DNA of 64,000 bases from an uncultured Candidatus Peribacteria bacterium (GTDB lineage: Bacteria; Patescibacteriota; Gracilibacteria; CAIRYL01). Made by a program: the position numbers and the translations under genes. This document shows, piece after piece, positions 40,701 through 45,373 of the stretch (position 1 is the first letter of the stretch; each line of letters begins with the position of its first letter). The DNA lies in assembly GCA_964509985.1 (NCBI GenBank), contig CAZDZQ010000010.1:6187-70186 (forward strand), written 5' to 3'. The notes beneath the pieces were generated by a model that was not told the origin of the DNA, made no database searches, and saw only the letters and a list, made by a program, of their open reading frames with translations.

Positions 40701-40736
40701 GATACAATAAAAATTTCAAAATCTATTGAGTATTAA
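25764..40736 (+). CDS. 4990-aa giant mosaic cell-surface protein
   Basis: Single uninterrupted ORF of 14,973 nt with an N-terminal hydrophobic anchor (~25860-25917). FG-GAP/VCBS-like motifs are FDFDGDGKVDIAE, DLNKDGFSDIIGI and NDMDGDGLEDIVYA. Asp-rich Ca-binding-like motifs are DDDGDGVPNQWDEDLD, DSDNDGIFDY and DSDADGIPDYKD. A PKD-like segment reads SWDTDNDG...FKVTDTLGNE. There are also a Pro-periodic spacer, three SLH motifs and tandem repeats. Confidence 0.85.
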   Translation: MFFLKIFSNFFQFIFQQLKVVWFFMFHFFRFKPLVSSVIIIALILPILLPWQNIMVSSQYIESEHSLITIFVDKNLYDNVELNKKITRYAQDVQYSYSDTKVSIIPVNKEKTSEEIYRILEKYYFEGQKIEDNIFFLTGIIIIGDVILPDLKSEAGNMPSIFPYTDFEKPVFIWDTEDKKWIENPKVNTPSAEIWHGIIPGTKSQLFKFFDKNHVMHEKLYSGSEEFNDVIRDEILYWDSTTEKTGMQKMNLQQYEKAMDLMGYRKEFKYYTNFLKFLYSDFLNEKDFEDDIPETVKSLYPDNRDIFLEKIDDVKEKISGDTLNNIPDRNVKVSIEKLLPTYAEVVKSYETDSQEFIKNTGRWDNKSADTVPEMISVMDEYVGNEIKKINDTFKNVSINNVKQLDGEKEIIVKEKINHWTSEKPVKYCEEERTHPRYNYINGYLAEPTPAPIVNGERYYDLDNPPQMIEDTKDCTLYRGEKGSHELYGNKDFYTWLDQKKGKIPDSTDESYIYLPDSLPNVSSKLVEYNKLDSIEWLEKERGDADEKVGGCYLGSEENDDICIPMEATIPVLAWDGGVERAPREYFPYGDRTLGKLEEDAEISAISCNRMSFAEERYGVVGSDNLGNPIFGCVPYYGVHKAYNTKTISSYTLHDDASLNDEKSLNEVVGRLKSKAMGVNKNSFQTVLNGRYDGIQESVDQYFPDFFRLQYKKMIHSAVLTQYELSRIAFWNSLQLLGGGAIYNRTSQLKNSMGMMVQVPVIKAQRLVMFDEKTNTSKTSESFIMPDNLNKRPLDYELPAYETMLQVLVDPEICFDEDKFRVKILKPKITAYAEDYFKMHYDLPGGVRNLLAQHISGLNYAKTWEYEVAMDLIATVVYSRGYNSCAILDEGPIMRDIHSFEYKKKTNPSDYFLKDLLTEQNVEVDPDFNKYRYLAFHNVGSTWQWEPLVKGIFKKKYSPEELDELQSVISSEFSEEVSEQLRKKLSELFDTTLAESEVIKISDIFPEDIIEERDSDANRDGLGESLKNIINKIIKEIEGEVLQKIIFDIIEESGNVILPEFSKELQEQLQERLIEELELAFNENFIERVSALIPYQIIDDIHGVDVHGNKITEQNVLDDASILAYKKLIKLETKVLNDNHYTLNNMLMNEFSDYGRLIVNDLLNGDEGDSEGEGDSEEESQALTIAEVFEIINNYEKKKIYNFFNEENKNLFNFEAAEKYKILLMDTVRKNLLNNYVRNISFNSLEDDIYNIIQDITIEVQGKYPSQSIQEMADEIPENLGEMYIETQELLPRLDSKFHTYLRVSGRTFLDGEKSARPNANSQYPAGQEANGVSWFRDDDMKKWSIDLNKGTEDRKRYITSNEYYRKFHRYKKGHPKDEDSDDYVYEVNTVKKFKKNIPDVNTYPEEVFFTDIKNQSKDAYDLKVRQQDLVFHWQNMTAQEKHEKIQQILLSKNQKLVQPLQEKNEYLSTGESKPYAYAHWRIEGDSEPAWLAENDQTSLLLGLPTSDYGSGAFSNFEKNPEKMQAIDKNGEEQDEECGDMEGVPLEDWLDAIDCWMEKMGKLDELETTSACNLSLEEFKALQSDEKDTKNAVEKIEFTPTIEPFFAKGESKILLSFKTKEDKLAFGHDIRFTVTLENAKMRDVINDVDLEKEGTQLINRTGEEWIEIIPDDNVENVKITVKIDDENLEKSENIIGNKEFEVLPQNLDVFYIEEIQNTEVLGVKGYEFKITSPVDFIHFDEEIVLSISPEKEGILGTNTVELNTSFKVGVRTDESVILTASLRGSKSVSKILSGVSDISSTVGDIQLPTLPNIIDLHSRIEFDVRYLNELGTILDSEIDGELQLIKIPDEERKKYNVEILDNQKIQIETKGVIGEVTFTLQYKKNGEVLSKEFSVWIGGKHSVEEYEKFNFNALYATIVGLENYGTNLNNHFATKILHSSDNLNVVTTQIIAPKVKKPVARIFNNGTIETYSSGYKANLLNISPLKIGLYDKKEKRYKGKFDFVIEKFEEENLYLQAPVNEEKGIFFEKLSTAKSISAEKKNKNIFVKLDNIDILSINNLGNIEILDNNFRVEIDEKEKVLGISLLIRKNDTSTTYGRITLRGGKLKKSSESIWVKSLKDEDGYEILETDAKLVPLFSTYQTNFSKNIFSSGFKDDEKYVLEYASGLTVGEATQSSADLFLVNLGDPSISIPPPADSTSSDFDRTIGKSVLKEKGGTIQKILPFDFDGDGKVDIAEISSEGFVHILLNTGNANGDMKQWGKAVRIDSDYRSISKLSIKEDAEDVYDDLVYVDRFGKFHHIKNKEGVLSIVDNPEYFPKEILITSEIEDLNKDGFSDIIGITENNEIKIWYGNSNYFISDPVNIDSYGFVIPKAKVLAKSVLINFKNIESISDFVDDIKQISYISKIKSVQNKENKSVEDNLSESRVLKEYEDRAVSEIILGDINSAFSAGVSEKPFVEAQKIRKSLSVTKIMIEDENTNKTVHHTVGKKYITQIEITSKDTKDITFNIADLYGNLMEIDQFSVVCKYKDASTNTCGEEYAGFTFPNISRAVIFENIVLKPNQTVVLSYYSFIKKLPKLGLSLANLNNADDNIIDFIVKNPSDKWAFQYESVGEKLYSKKLPDPQDLNVDLEPSHGIDVSLLSGLLDPVEISDADIDKIINTVEKINTVGNGVNVSMGMQNAMAGAAGIDVLTPKEQLEEYIKSLFPKETDTTTRAVGEIVENFVEDLLDWQKNGKFDDDGNSIEFNVENINTDLQSVMMGARFEAVKSASGIEKAVDNLTNDDDGDGVPNQWDEDLDKAMTELETVLDDSIDFLASCNGGGCLDMPVNFAFLVPGEMNISGMVNQVYTSIAGQIGNVLKDDTVSLAVNGAKQMAMDGVGNFEGDQPFVMTIFNFGSGTFCVLYACFSYYPIVSIPFETGFSNSEFRFYLSPTVTGGLGFVICTGSGNSTSDPGGSCFIQAIEGDLGDVCNDLAAKINNAIHSSLGAGSRVFEIDSQYVDDLYAEVGGSGDGTMTIGAYSLGNIDTSIPSSQNTRINSENYFGRWLNRQIEEITSMFTVPTLTILYPDISNTFFGENNTSITAGMIQEDDYKDASNAFSNDTSNITFENQWNNQEDKEKKQDEDRSEGVLDSSESGINSVYDYITPQGKNKEAVKYSAKSIDDFYRILESVPIINIRRESIVIKYPSLSRKELLTKIHDLDVFIEAAKEELNTFEDLVVNWPADRKAEHQQIVRKCKRFIKDLVKLLDALNFYKDEAGDLIADFDSQMSRYIYSIVCYLNAITDLTGGWLMKNKIRYEKWLEFYDTIIELMKMYKKIPEILNGYQASCEQCRATNADSSDNMVGSIGSFFPEPPIIRFPRLPDLVLDVSQINAGITVSIPEITFKAVPLKIPNLPKVLLPNVPILAVNLKFPKVPNLPIFELPVLPEFPDLNIPVLPNIPPPPKLPDIPSELMDVMEVIEKALYLYCIIVRQGIFFHDEDTAMSVVETLTNRKINPLSMDFISKDFPDIVLPSISEIEIIAEVNLEKDLGAISDKVQDFADGINDATTNMVKDANRNLSDNYDKYGDPIDLSDNKYVKKVEREVENLQENINKEIDDKYNKNVDNLNDDVNEGMNNINKHIENQENRNQENVNTEIDRVIDKVKKDLSFENLNNSEKLFKKIIAKDMQNMQKNIKNINNPKNYISVSQLRKKMGLHSMKNIDISKKITSVSPVLSKYQDMNKALISIQKYYEKQETFLAEKNIHFLDMVAQNISDFPKSKVYACEGENCSDNQISPISEEDKRNPTKNNSPQKQPDEGIFIQSETGAVTKLTEYTDEVTQIHTFFKNDMDGDGLEDIVYATSNEIFIKYANNFNKNYRLKYLKQGVYVPENGDPTSVEILNFEEILPEFLSPKNLEVFGDGKKLSVSVLPEPKELISGVLYTIDDSITFEQRKGGDVQKIRKYIFQLTKETFDKMSQKYSGMIERDVEWEKEVGENFIEINNQKIFLEPNSIVRIDKFDYGQLETFIPINDVKSLKARWITKDGKLSNYANHDLLFNTQASDTHAPLLLSRDIYEEKLMYKKNTVSLTGVFDLENGDSSVSWDTDNDGIYETTGDSFTTKIHEELFEKENVPFKVTDTLGNEAMGTAYITFISPYVKVDSATENTVKGHVEPRYANVPVVLLRERFGVLKKIRDVVKTNALGEYIFEHLDNSATNLAILKDESGIIIGEVGKDGQLHSLENAQNYEIKLLEGDKYLPLRQVLVNSVTGKVVATLVLKSNSEYSVKLLQNLQSFTDEVDNNNNKNNISEYNNSVFITDNNETDDFVFGQMPLDASDNAGGGVIFSKIENKPMVMVYPDGNIRFFPEYKDNLSVRQKNIIYTNSDDEEITKIVVEILNSESKIFEVLLDIQKTKVNIDFDTVASASVLDYENNNKQNAEKYSFINIHNFTASVDNLIPNSKNTSSELFKKFPFTDLSEQKNKNIYNAVKNLYEKNMISGYENNKFKPNQKITRAEFVHEALAVTKCLDCINPSDFEKNKYYKPFSFSDIVPQSWYDFCISKAKEISMIKGYKNGEFRPNQNITRAESVAILLRQADIPLEQTLNTAIAKTESIGDLDPSQWFYKEMITGINLGLIDPVLGFSFPNKQITRGEFAIMSDKIFVLRDCRDVDSDNDGIFDYLEEYYGSNAFDKNSIPENIETLKNPRDELLSPIPENQNNQIIDDLTDKENSNNFDKNIENIDSDADGIPDYKDIDFSEFKEDINNNNISDRFEEVLGYGTLDINNNGILDYYDYSLVNQLDTNTNLSLTDKTSTNLSLTDKTKTNLSLTDKTSTNLSLTDKTSTRAILDYYDLVLNFLNNKNNKNNNFTLSLTDKNNNNIIDQREDLYNKETSKDSDSKDSKNRDDRDNNKEIYPNIDKIPHSFPEVLTDLCPLVPEDYDRIDDADGCPELEKAEDVFEMDISTLFVNNTDECSFVDYADEFRNGDMIKTVILSPNEKYLYKESDTIKISKSIEY
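39104..39680 (+). other. three SLH (S-layer homology) motifs inside the giant protein
   Basis: FTDL...NMISGYENNKFKPNQKITRAEFVHEAL; FSDI...MIKGYKNGEFRPNQNITRAESVAILL; ...FPNKQITRGEFAIMSDK. Confidence 0.7.
40098..40217 (+). repeat. 4 x 30-nt in-frame tandem repeat encoding TNLSLTDKT(S/K)
   Basis: Units at 40098-40127, 40128-40157, 40158-40187 and 40188-40217. Differences are TTA/TTG/CTA (all Leu) and AGT/AAG (Ser/Lys). A degenerate extra copy (FTLSLTDKNNNN) lies near 40283-40315. Confidence 0.9.
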
Positions 40737-40827
40737 TACTGAATACTGTAAATTATTTTAGACTCAAATGATCGGCTTCTCAAAAAAAAATTTTGCGATC
40801 GGGTTATTTATTATTTATTTTATACAT

Positions 40828-41253
40828 ATGGCTAAAGAGCTAAAACAACTGGTAAAACTACAAATACCAGCAGGAAAAGCAAATCCAGCACCTCCGATTG
40901 GTACGGTTCTAGGGCCGACTGGGGTAAACATGCAAGACTTTTGTTCTCAATTTAATGATAAAACAAAAGCAGATATGGGAATGATTATTCCTTGTGAAAT
41001 TTCAATTTATACAGATCGATCGTTCTCGTTTATTTTAAAATCTCCTCCAGCTTCGTTTTTAATTAAACAAGTTCTAAATCTTAAATCTGGATCGGCAGCT
41101 CCTCATAAAGATAAGGTTGCAACAATTACAAAAGCTCAGCTTGAAGAAATTGTTAAAACAAAAATGGCTGATTTATCTGCAAATGATATTGAAGCAGGAG
41201 TGAAAATTATTGCTGGAACTGCTCGTTCAATGGGAGTTACTGTAGAAGGTTAA
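40828..41253 (+). CDS. rplK: 50S ribosomal protein L11
   Basis: MAKELKQLVKLQIPAGKANPAPPIGTVLGPTGVNMQDFC... is canonical L11. The track ORF starts at 40768, but conserved sequence begins at the ATG at 40828. Confidence 0.9.
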   Translation: MAKELKQLVKLQIPAGKANPAPPIGTVLGPTGVNMQDFCSQFNDKTKADMGMIIPCEISIYTDRSFSFILKSPPASFLIKQVLNLKSGSAAPHKDKVATITKAQLEEIVKTKMADLSANDIEAGVKIIAGTARSMGVTVEG

Positions 41254-41330
41254 TCTTCAAAAAATTATACAATGGGAGCTATATTAAATTTTTTTATAGC
41301 GTTTGAACCAATTATTTAACTAAAATTATT

Positions 41331-42026
41331 ATGGCACAAGGAAAAAAATATTTAGCGGCACTTGAAAAATGTGGATCTGTAGAAGTTACTCATTCATTAA
41401 AAGATGCAGTTGCATTAATTAAAGGATTGGATACTTCAAAATTTGATGAAACAATGGAAATCCATGTTAAAACAGGATGTGATCCTAAACATGCAGATCA
41501 AATTGTGAGATCTACGATTATTCTTCCAAATGGAACTGGGAAATCGGTATCTGTTGCTGTTTTTACAGATGAAGAAGATAAAGCAGCAGAAGCAAAAAAA
41601 GCTGGAGCTGATATTATTGGTTCAGATGATTTAATTGCTGAAGTTACAAAAGGAAATATCAATTTTGATATAGCTCTTGCAACTCCTGCATATATGCGAA
41701 ATCTTGCAAAGGTAGCACGAGTTCTTGGACCAAAAGGACTTATGCCTTCTCCAAAAGCAGGAACAGTTACTGCAAATGTTGGACAAGCAGTTGAAGAATT
41801 GAAAAAAGGTAAAATAGAATTTAAAACTGATAAAACAGGAATTGTTCATTCTATTTTTGGAAAAAAATCTTTTTCTGCAGAAAATTTAGAAGCAAATCTT
41901 ACAGCATTAATTAATGCTATTAAAGAAGCTCGACCAACTGGTGTAAAAGGAACATATATTCAAAAAATAACGGTTACTTCGACAATGGCACCTAGTGTTA
42001 CATTAGATTTATCTGAAGTTTTATAA
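41331..42026 (+). CDS. rplA: 50S ribosomal protein L1
   Basis: MAQGKKY...FDETMEIHVKTGCDPKHADQIVRSTIILPNGTGK...LGPKGLMPSPKAGTVT is canonical L1. Confidence 0.9.
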   Translation: MAQGKKYLAALEKCGSVEVTHSLKDAVALIKGLDTSKFDETMEIHVKTGCDPKHADQIVRSTIILPNGTGKSVSVAVFTDEEDKAAEAKKAGADIIGSDDLIAEVTKGNINFDIALATPAYMRNLAKVARVLGPKGLMPSPKAGTVTANVGQAVEELKKGKIEFKTDKTGIVHSIFGKKSFSAENLEANLTALINAIKEARPTGVKGTYIQKITVTSTMAPSVTLDLSEVL

Positions 42027-42058
42027 AAAAATAAAACATAAAGATTTAGATATTAAAA

Positions 42059-42096
42059 AAAATAAATAGCTTGAGCAATCAGGCTATTTATTTTAT
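42059..42096 (+). terminator. intrinsic terminator after rplA
   Basis: ~16-bp stem AAAATAAATAGCTTGA / TCAGGCTATTTATTTT closed by a GCAA tetraloop (42075-42078). It runs into a T-tract. Confidence 0.6.
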
Positions 42097-42126
42097 ACTT
42101 TAGTAAATATTATTAAATAACAACTT

Positions 42127-44307
42127 ATGAATAAATTGAAAAATAAATTAATTACAACAACCCTTATTTCTAGCGTATGTGTATCGGTAACACTTGCAGG
42201 AGGAGCAAATATCTTTGATGATGTTTCTGGAAATCATCAGTATGCTGATGCTATAAATTGGGTATATAATAAAAATATTGCAAAAGGATATGTTGTAAAA
42301 GGATTAAGTGTAAATGACCGAACTCATTACAAACCAGAAAATACAATAACTCGTGCGGAATTTGTAAAAATGTTGTTGGTTTCAAAATATGCACGATGGG
42401 CTATTGATGCAAATGGAAATACAGATTTTTCTGATGTGTATGGAAATGAATGGTTCGCAGAGCTTGTAGATTTTGCAACAGAAAAAGGTGTTATTAAAGG
42501 ATATAATGATGGAACATTTCGTCCAAATGATAAAATTAATTTTGCAGAAGCTAGTAAAATTATTGCATTGTTGCATTTGTCAAAAGATGTAAATTCTCAA
42601 ACACAAGGCGAGTGGTGGGAAAAATATAAAGATGCATTTGAAAAAAATAATGTTTCTGTTTATTCACCAGAGCATTTAATTACTCGTGGAGAAATGGCAG
42701 ATTTTTTGTTTGATATTTATGGTGAATCGAGTTTGAATTTTTGGGATATACCTAAAAATTTTACAAATCTAGAAAAAGAGCTTTTGTCTATTTTAATAAA
42801 ACTAGATCATACATATGAAGATTCTGAAAAAGAAGTAAATTTTATAAAAAAAATAAACACTATTAATGGTAAGGATTTATATATAGTAGCATTGCAACAT
42901 GAACTTGCAGGTTATGAATTTGCATATTTTTATCATTCAGAAGGTGGAAAAATAGAAATTGTTGGGTCTGAAAATGGAACATCAAATATTCACACGGAGG
43001 GCTATGGTGATTTCGATTCTAAAAGCTATATTTCAAAAAATAATATAACTTTTGGTGAAACACTTCCTGCTCAATATAAAGTTTCAGAAAATTTAGAAAT
43101 ATCAGGATTGAAAATAGATAAAGAAACATATATACCATTTCAAAATAATGATAAATTTGAAATTAATCCATATTTGTTAAAAACAGATATATTTACAAAT
43201 GATGGAAAAGAAATTTTTACAGATACTTCGAACGCGTTAATTATTAGGACAGATGATTTAGTTTCTCATAAATATTCATTGAAAGTTCCATTTTTAGAGG
43301 ATAATCAAATTGCAGATATTTCTTGGTCAAATAATGTGAATTCTGGAAAATATGACGAAGACTACAGAAAAGGATATACATATCAAGACCAAGGAGGATG
43401 TGGAAGAAAAAATTATGCAAGTGTTGTGTATGAAGATGTAAAAGTTGGTGTATATATTAAAGATATACAAAATGGAGGGTATAAAATTCAAGAAAATTAT
43501 TTTGATATTTATATTAAAAATTCAGATTTAAAAGAATCTGGGATTGGAAAAAATGGAGAGATTATTTTAGAATTTAAAGATAAAAATCATGTTTTTTTGA
43601 AAGATTTATATGAAAATAAATATTTTGATTATGATGATAGAATTTCATATGAAGAATTTTTAGCAGTTCATCCTGTATTTTTCTGGAGAGATAATTTAGG
43701 TAGATTGATAAAATTTGAAGGAAATAAATTTATTCCTCAAGCAGAGTGTGGAAAACCAGTTGTTTATTTATATCCAGAACAAGAAACGCAGGTTCATGTT
43801 TCAGTTGCTCCAGAGGGTGGATTTTCTGTAACTATTCCAGAACATGGAAAAAATGGTTGGGATGTAATAGCACAACCAAATGGAGATTTAACAGAAATTA
43901 AAACAGGGGATTCGTACCCATATTTATTTTGGGAAGGGCAAGGAGATATTTATGAAAGTCCAAAAAAAGGATGGGTAATTCCAAAATCTCAAGCAGATAT
44001 TTTTGTTGCAGGAAAGCTTACTCAATTTGGATTTAATACTCAAGAAATAACAGATTTTCTTGAATTTTGGTCACCTCGAATGCAAGCGGAAACACAGGAT
44101 TATTTATTTGTATCATTTTGGGGAACTCAATATATGAATAAAATAGCTCCAATTTCAATTTCACCACAACCAGATTCTATTTTACGAGTTTTGATGGATT
44201 ATAAAGCAGTGCCAGAGTTTTATGAAACAACAGCACCAAGAATTAGAAAATTTAAGAGAACAGGTTTTGTTGTTACAGAATGGGGAGGAACGCTAGAAAG
44301 AAAATAA
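42127..44307 (+). CDS. secreted SLH-domain protein with a large uncharacterised C-terminal domain
   Basis: Signal peptide (LITTTLISSVCVSVTLAGG). SLH motifs are FDDVSGNHQYADAINWVYNKNIAKGY...ITRAEFVKMLL, FSDV...GVIKGYNDGTFRPNDKINFAEASKIIAL and ...ITRGEMADFLF. Confidence 0.65.
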   Translation: MNKLKNKLITTTLISSVCVSVTLAGGANIFDDVSGNHQYADAINWVYNKNIAKGYVVKGLSVNDRTHYKPENTITRAEFVKMLLVSKYARWAIDANGNTDFSDVYGNEWFAELVDFATEKGVIKGYNDGTFRPNDKINFAEASKIIALLHLSKDVNSQTQGEWWEKYKDAFEKNNVSVYSPEHLITRGEMADFLFDIYGESSLNFWDIPKNFTNLEKELLSILIKLDHTYEDSEKEVNFIKKINTINGKDLYIVALQHELAGYEFAYFYHSEGGKIEIVGSENGTSNIHTEGYGDFDSKSYISKNNITFGETLPAQYKVSENLEISGLKIDKETYIPFQNNDKFEINPYLLKTDIFTNDGKEIFTDTSNALIIRTDDLVSHKYSLKVPFLEDNQIADISWSNNVNSGKYDEDYRKGYTYQDQGGCGRKNYASVVYEDVKVGVYIKDIQNGGYKIQENYFDIYIKNSDLKESGIGKNGEIILEFKDKNHVFLKDLYENKYFDYDDRISYEEFLAVHPVFFWRDNLGRLIKFEGNKFIPQAECGKPVVYLYPEQETQVHVSVAPEGGFSVTIPEHGKNGWDVIAQPNGDLTEIKTGDSYPYLFWEGQGDIYESPKKGWVIPKSQADIFVAGKLTQFGFNTQEITDFLEFWSPRMQAETQDYLFVSFWGTQYMNKIAPISISPQPDSILRVLMDYKAVPEFYETTAPRIRKFKRTGFVVTEWGGTLERK

Positions 44308-44324
44308 AACTATTAGTAGTTATA

Positions 44325-44352
44325 AAAAATAGAGCCATATGGCTCTATTTTA
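44325..44352. terminator. bidirectional terminator hairpin between convergent genes
   Basis: AAAAATAGAGCC-ATAT-GGCTCTATTTTATT. GC-containing stem AGAGCC/GGCTCT flanked by A and T runs. Confidence 0.6.
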
Positions 44353-44359
44353 TTATCTC

Positions 44360-45361
44360 TTATATTTTTACACTTTTTTTTCCTTCTCTTTGAATTTCTA
44401 AAACTTCTACAAATTCAATATTTTTATCTTTTCGTGTTTTATCTTGTAAAACTATATATTTTTTCTTTTGAAATGTAATATATTCGCCAATGTCTATTAC
44501 TTCTTTTGTAAAATGTATAATTCTTTTACTGATATATTTTTCTAATAATGCAGTGTGAATTTCAGGGTGAAAATCAAAATTTAATTCAATAAGTTTAACT
44601 CGTTTTTCATATTTATCAAAATAAAAAACTCCAGGCCATGAATAAAAAGCTGTATATTTTTTTGATAATTCTGTTTTTGAAATAGTTTTTAAATCTATTT
44701 CTCCATCTGATTTTTGAAATTTTCCACAAAAGGTTGCTTGTTTTTGGTTTTGTGCAATAGGGTAAAAATTATAAAAATTAGTAATAAGCTCTCGGAGTTT
44801 TGCTTTTCCAATATTAGTCATTTCTTTTAAAATTTCTAAGTAGTTTTTATTATATTTTAAAAGCTTTCCATTAGAATTTATACTTTGCAAATTACATTTT
44901 TCTTGAATATAAATATCTCCAGCATCCATAGCTTCGACCAGAGAAAATATAGAAATTCCTGATTCTTTATCTCCATTTAAAAGTGCTGATTGAACAGGGG
45001 ATGCGCCTCTATATTTAGGCAAAAGAGAGAAATGTAAATTGAATGTTCCAGAATTTGGAATATCAATTACTTCTTGTGGAATGAGTGTACCATAGGCAAC
45101 AATTATAAAAAAATCAGCACATAAAACTTGTAGATCTGCTATTACATTTTTATCAAATTTTTCTGGTGTAAATACGGGAATCTTATTATTTTTTGCCAAT
45201 TTTTTTACAGGTGATGCAGTTAATATTTTCTTTCTTCCAATATGTCTATCTGGGTTTGTAACAACTCCAACCACTTCAATTTCATGGCTACATTCTTCTA
45301 AAAAATATGATAATACATCTGCTGAATGGTCTGGTGTTCCGAAAAATACAATTTTTTTCAT
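44360..45361 (-). CDS. fmt: methionyl-tRNA formyltransferase
   Basis: MKKIVFFGTPDHSA...NLHFSLLPKYRGASPVQSALLNGDKESGISI are canonical Fmt blocks. 333 aa. Confidence 0.85.
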   Translation of the reverse strand: MKKIVFFGTPDHSADVLSYFLEECSHEIEVVGVVTNPDRHIGRKKILTASPVKKLAKNNKIPVFTPEKFDKNVIADLQVLCADFFIIVAYGTLIPQEVIDIPNSGTFNLHFSLLPKYRGASPVQSALLNGDKESGISIFSLVEAMDAGDIYIQEKCNLQSINSNGKLLKYNKNYLEILKEMTNIGKAKLRELITNFYNFYPIAQNQKQATFCGKFQKSDGEIDLKTISKTELSKKYTAFYSWPGVFYFDKYEKRVKLIELNFDFHPEIHTALLEKYISKRIIHFTKEVIDIGEYITFQKKKYIVLQDKTRKDKNIEFVEVLEIQREGKKSVKI

Positions 45362-45373
45362 AATATTTATTGA

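Noticed and set aside
40768-40827. The 20-codon N-terminal extension of rplK in the ORF track (MIGFSKKNFAIGLFIIYFIH).
   Set aside because: The conserved L11 sequence begins at the ATG at 40828 (MAKELK...). The extension is hydrophobic, unlike any L11, and overlaps the likely promoter or leader.
41254-41330. Hairpin GCTATA-N11-TATAGC preceded by GGGA (about 41274-41300) between rplK and rplA, as a possible L1 autoregulatory site.
   Set aside because: The stem is a short AT-rich 6 bp. I cannot verify by eye any resemblance to the 23S rRNA L1-binding site. Without covariation data this is not supportable.
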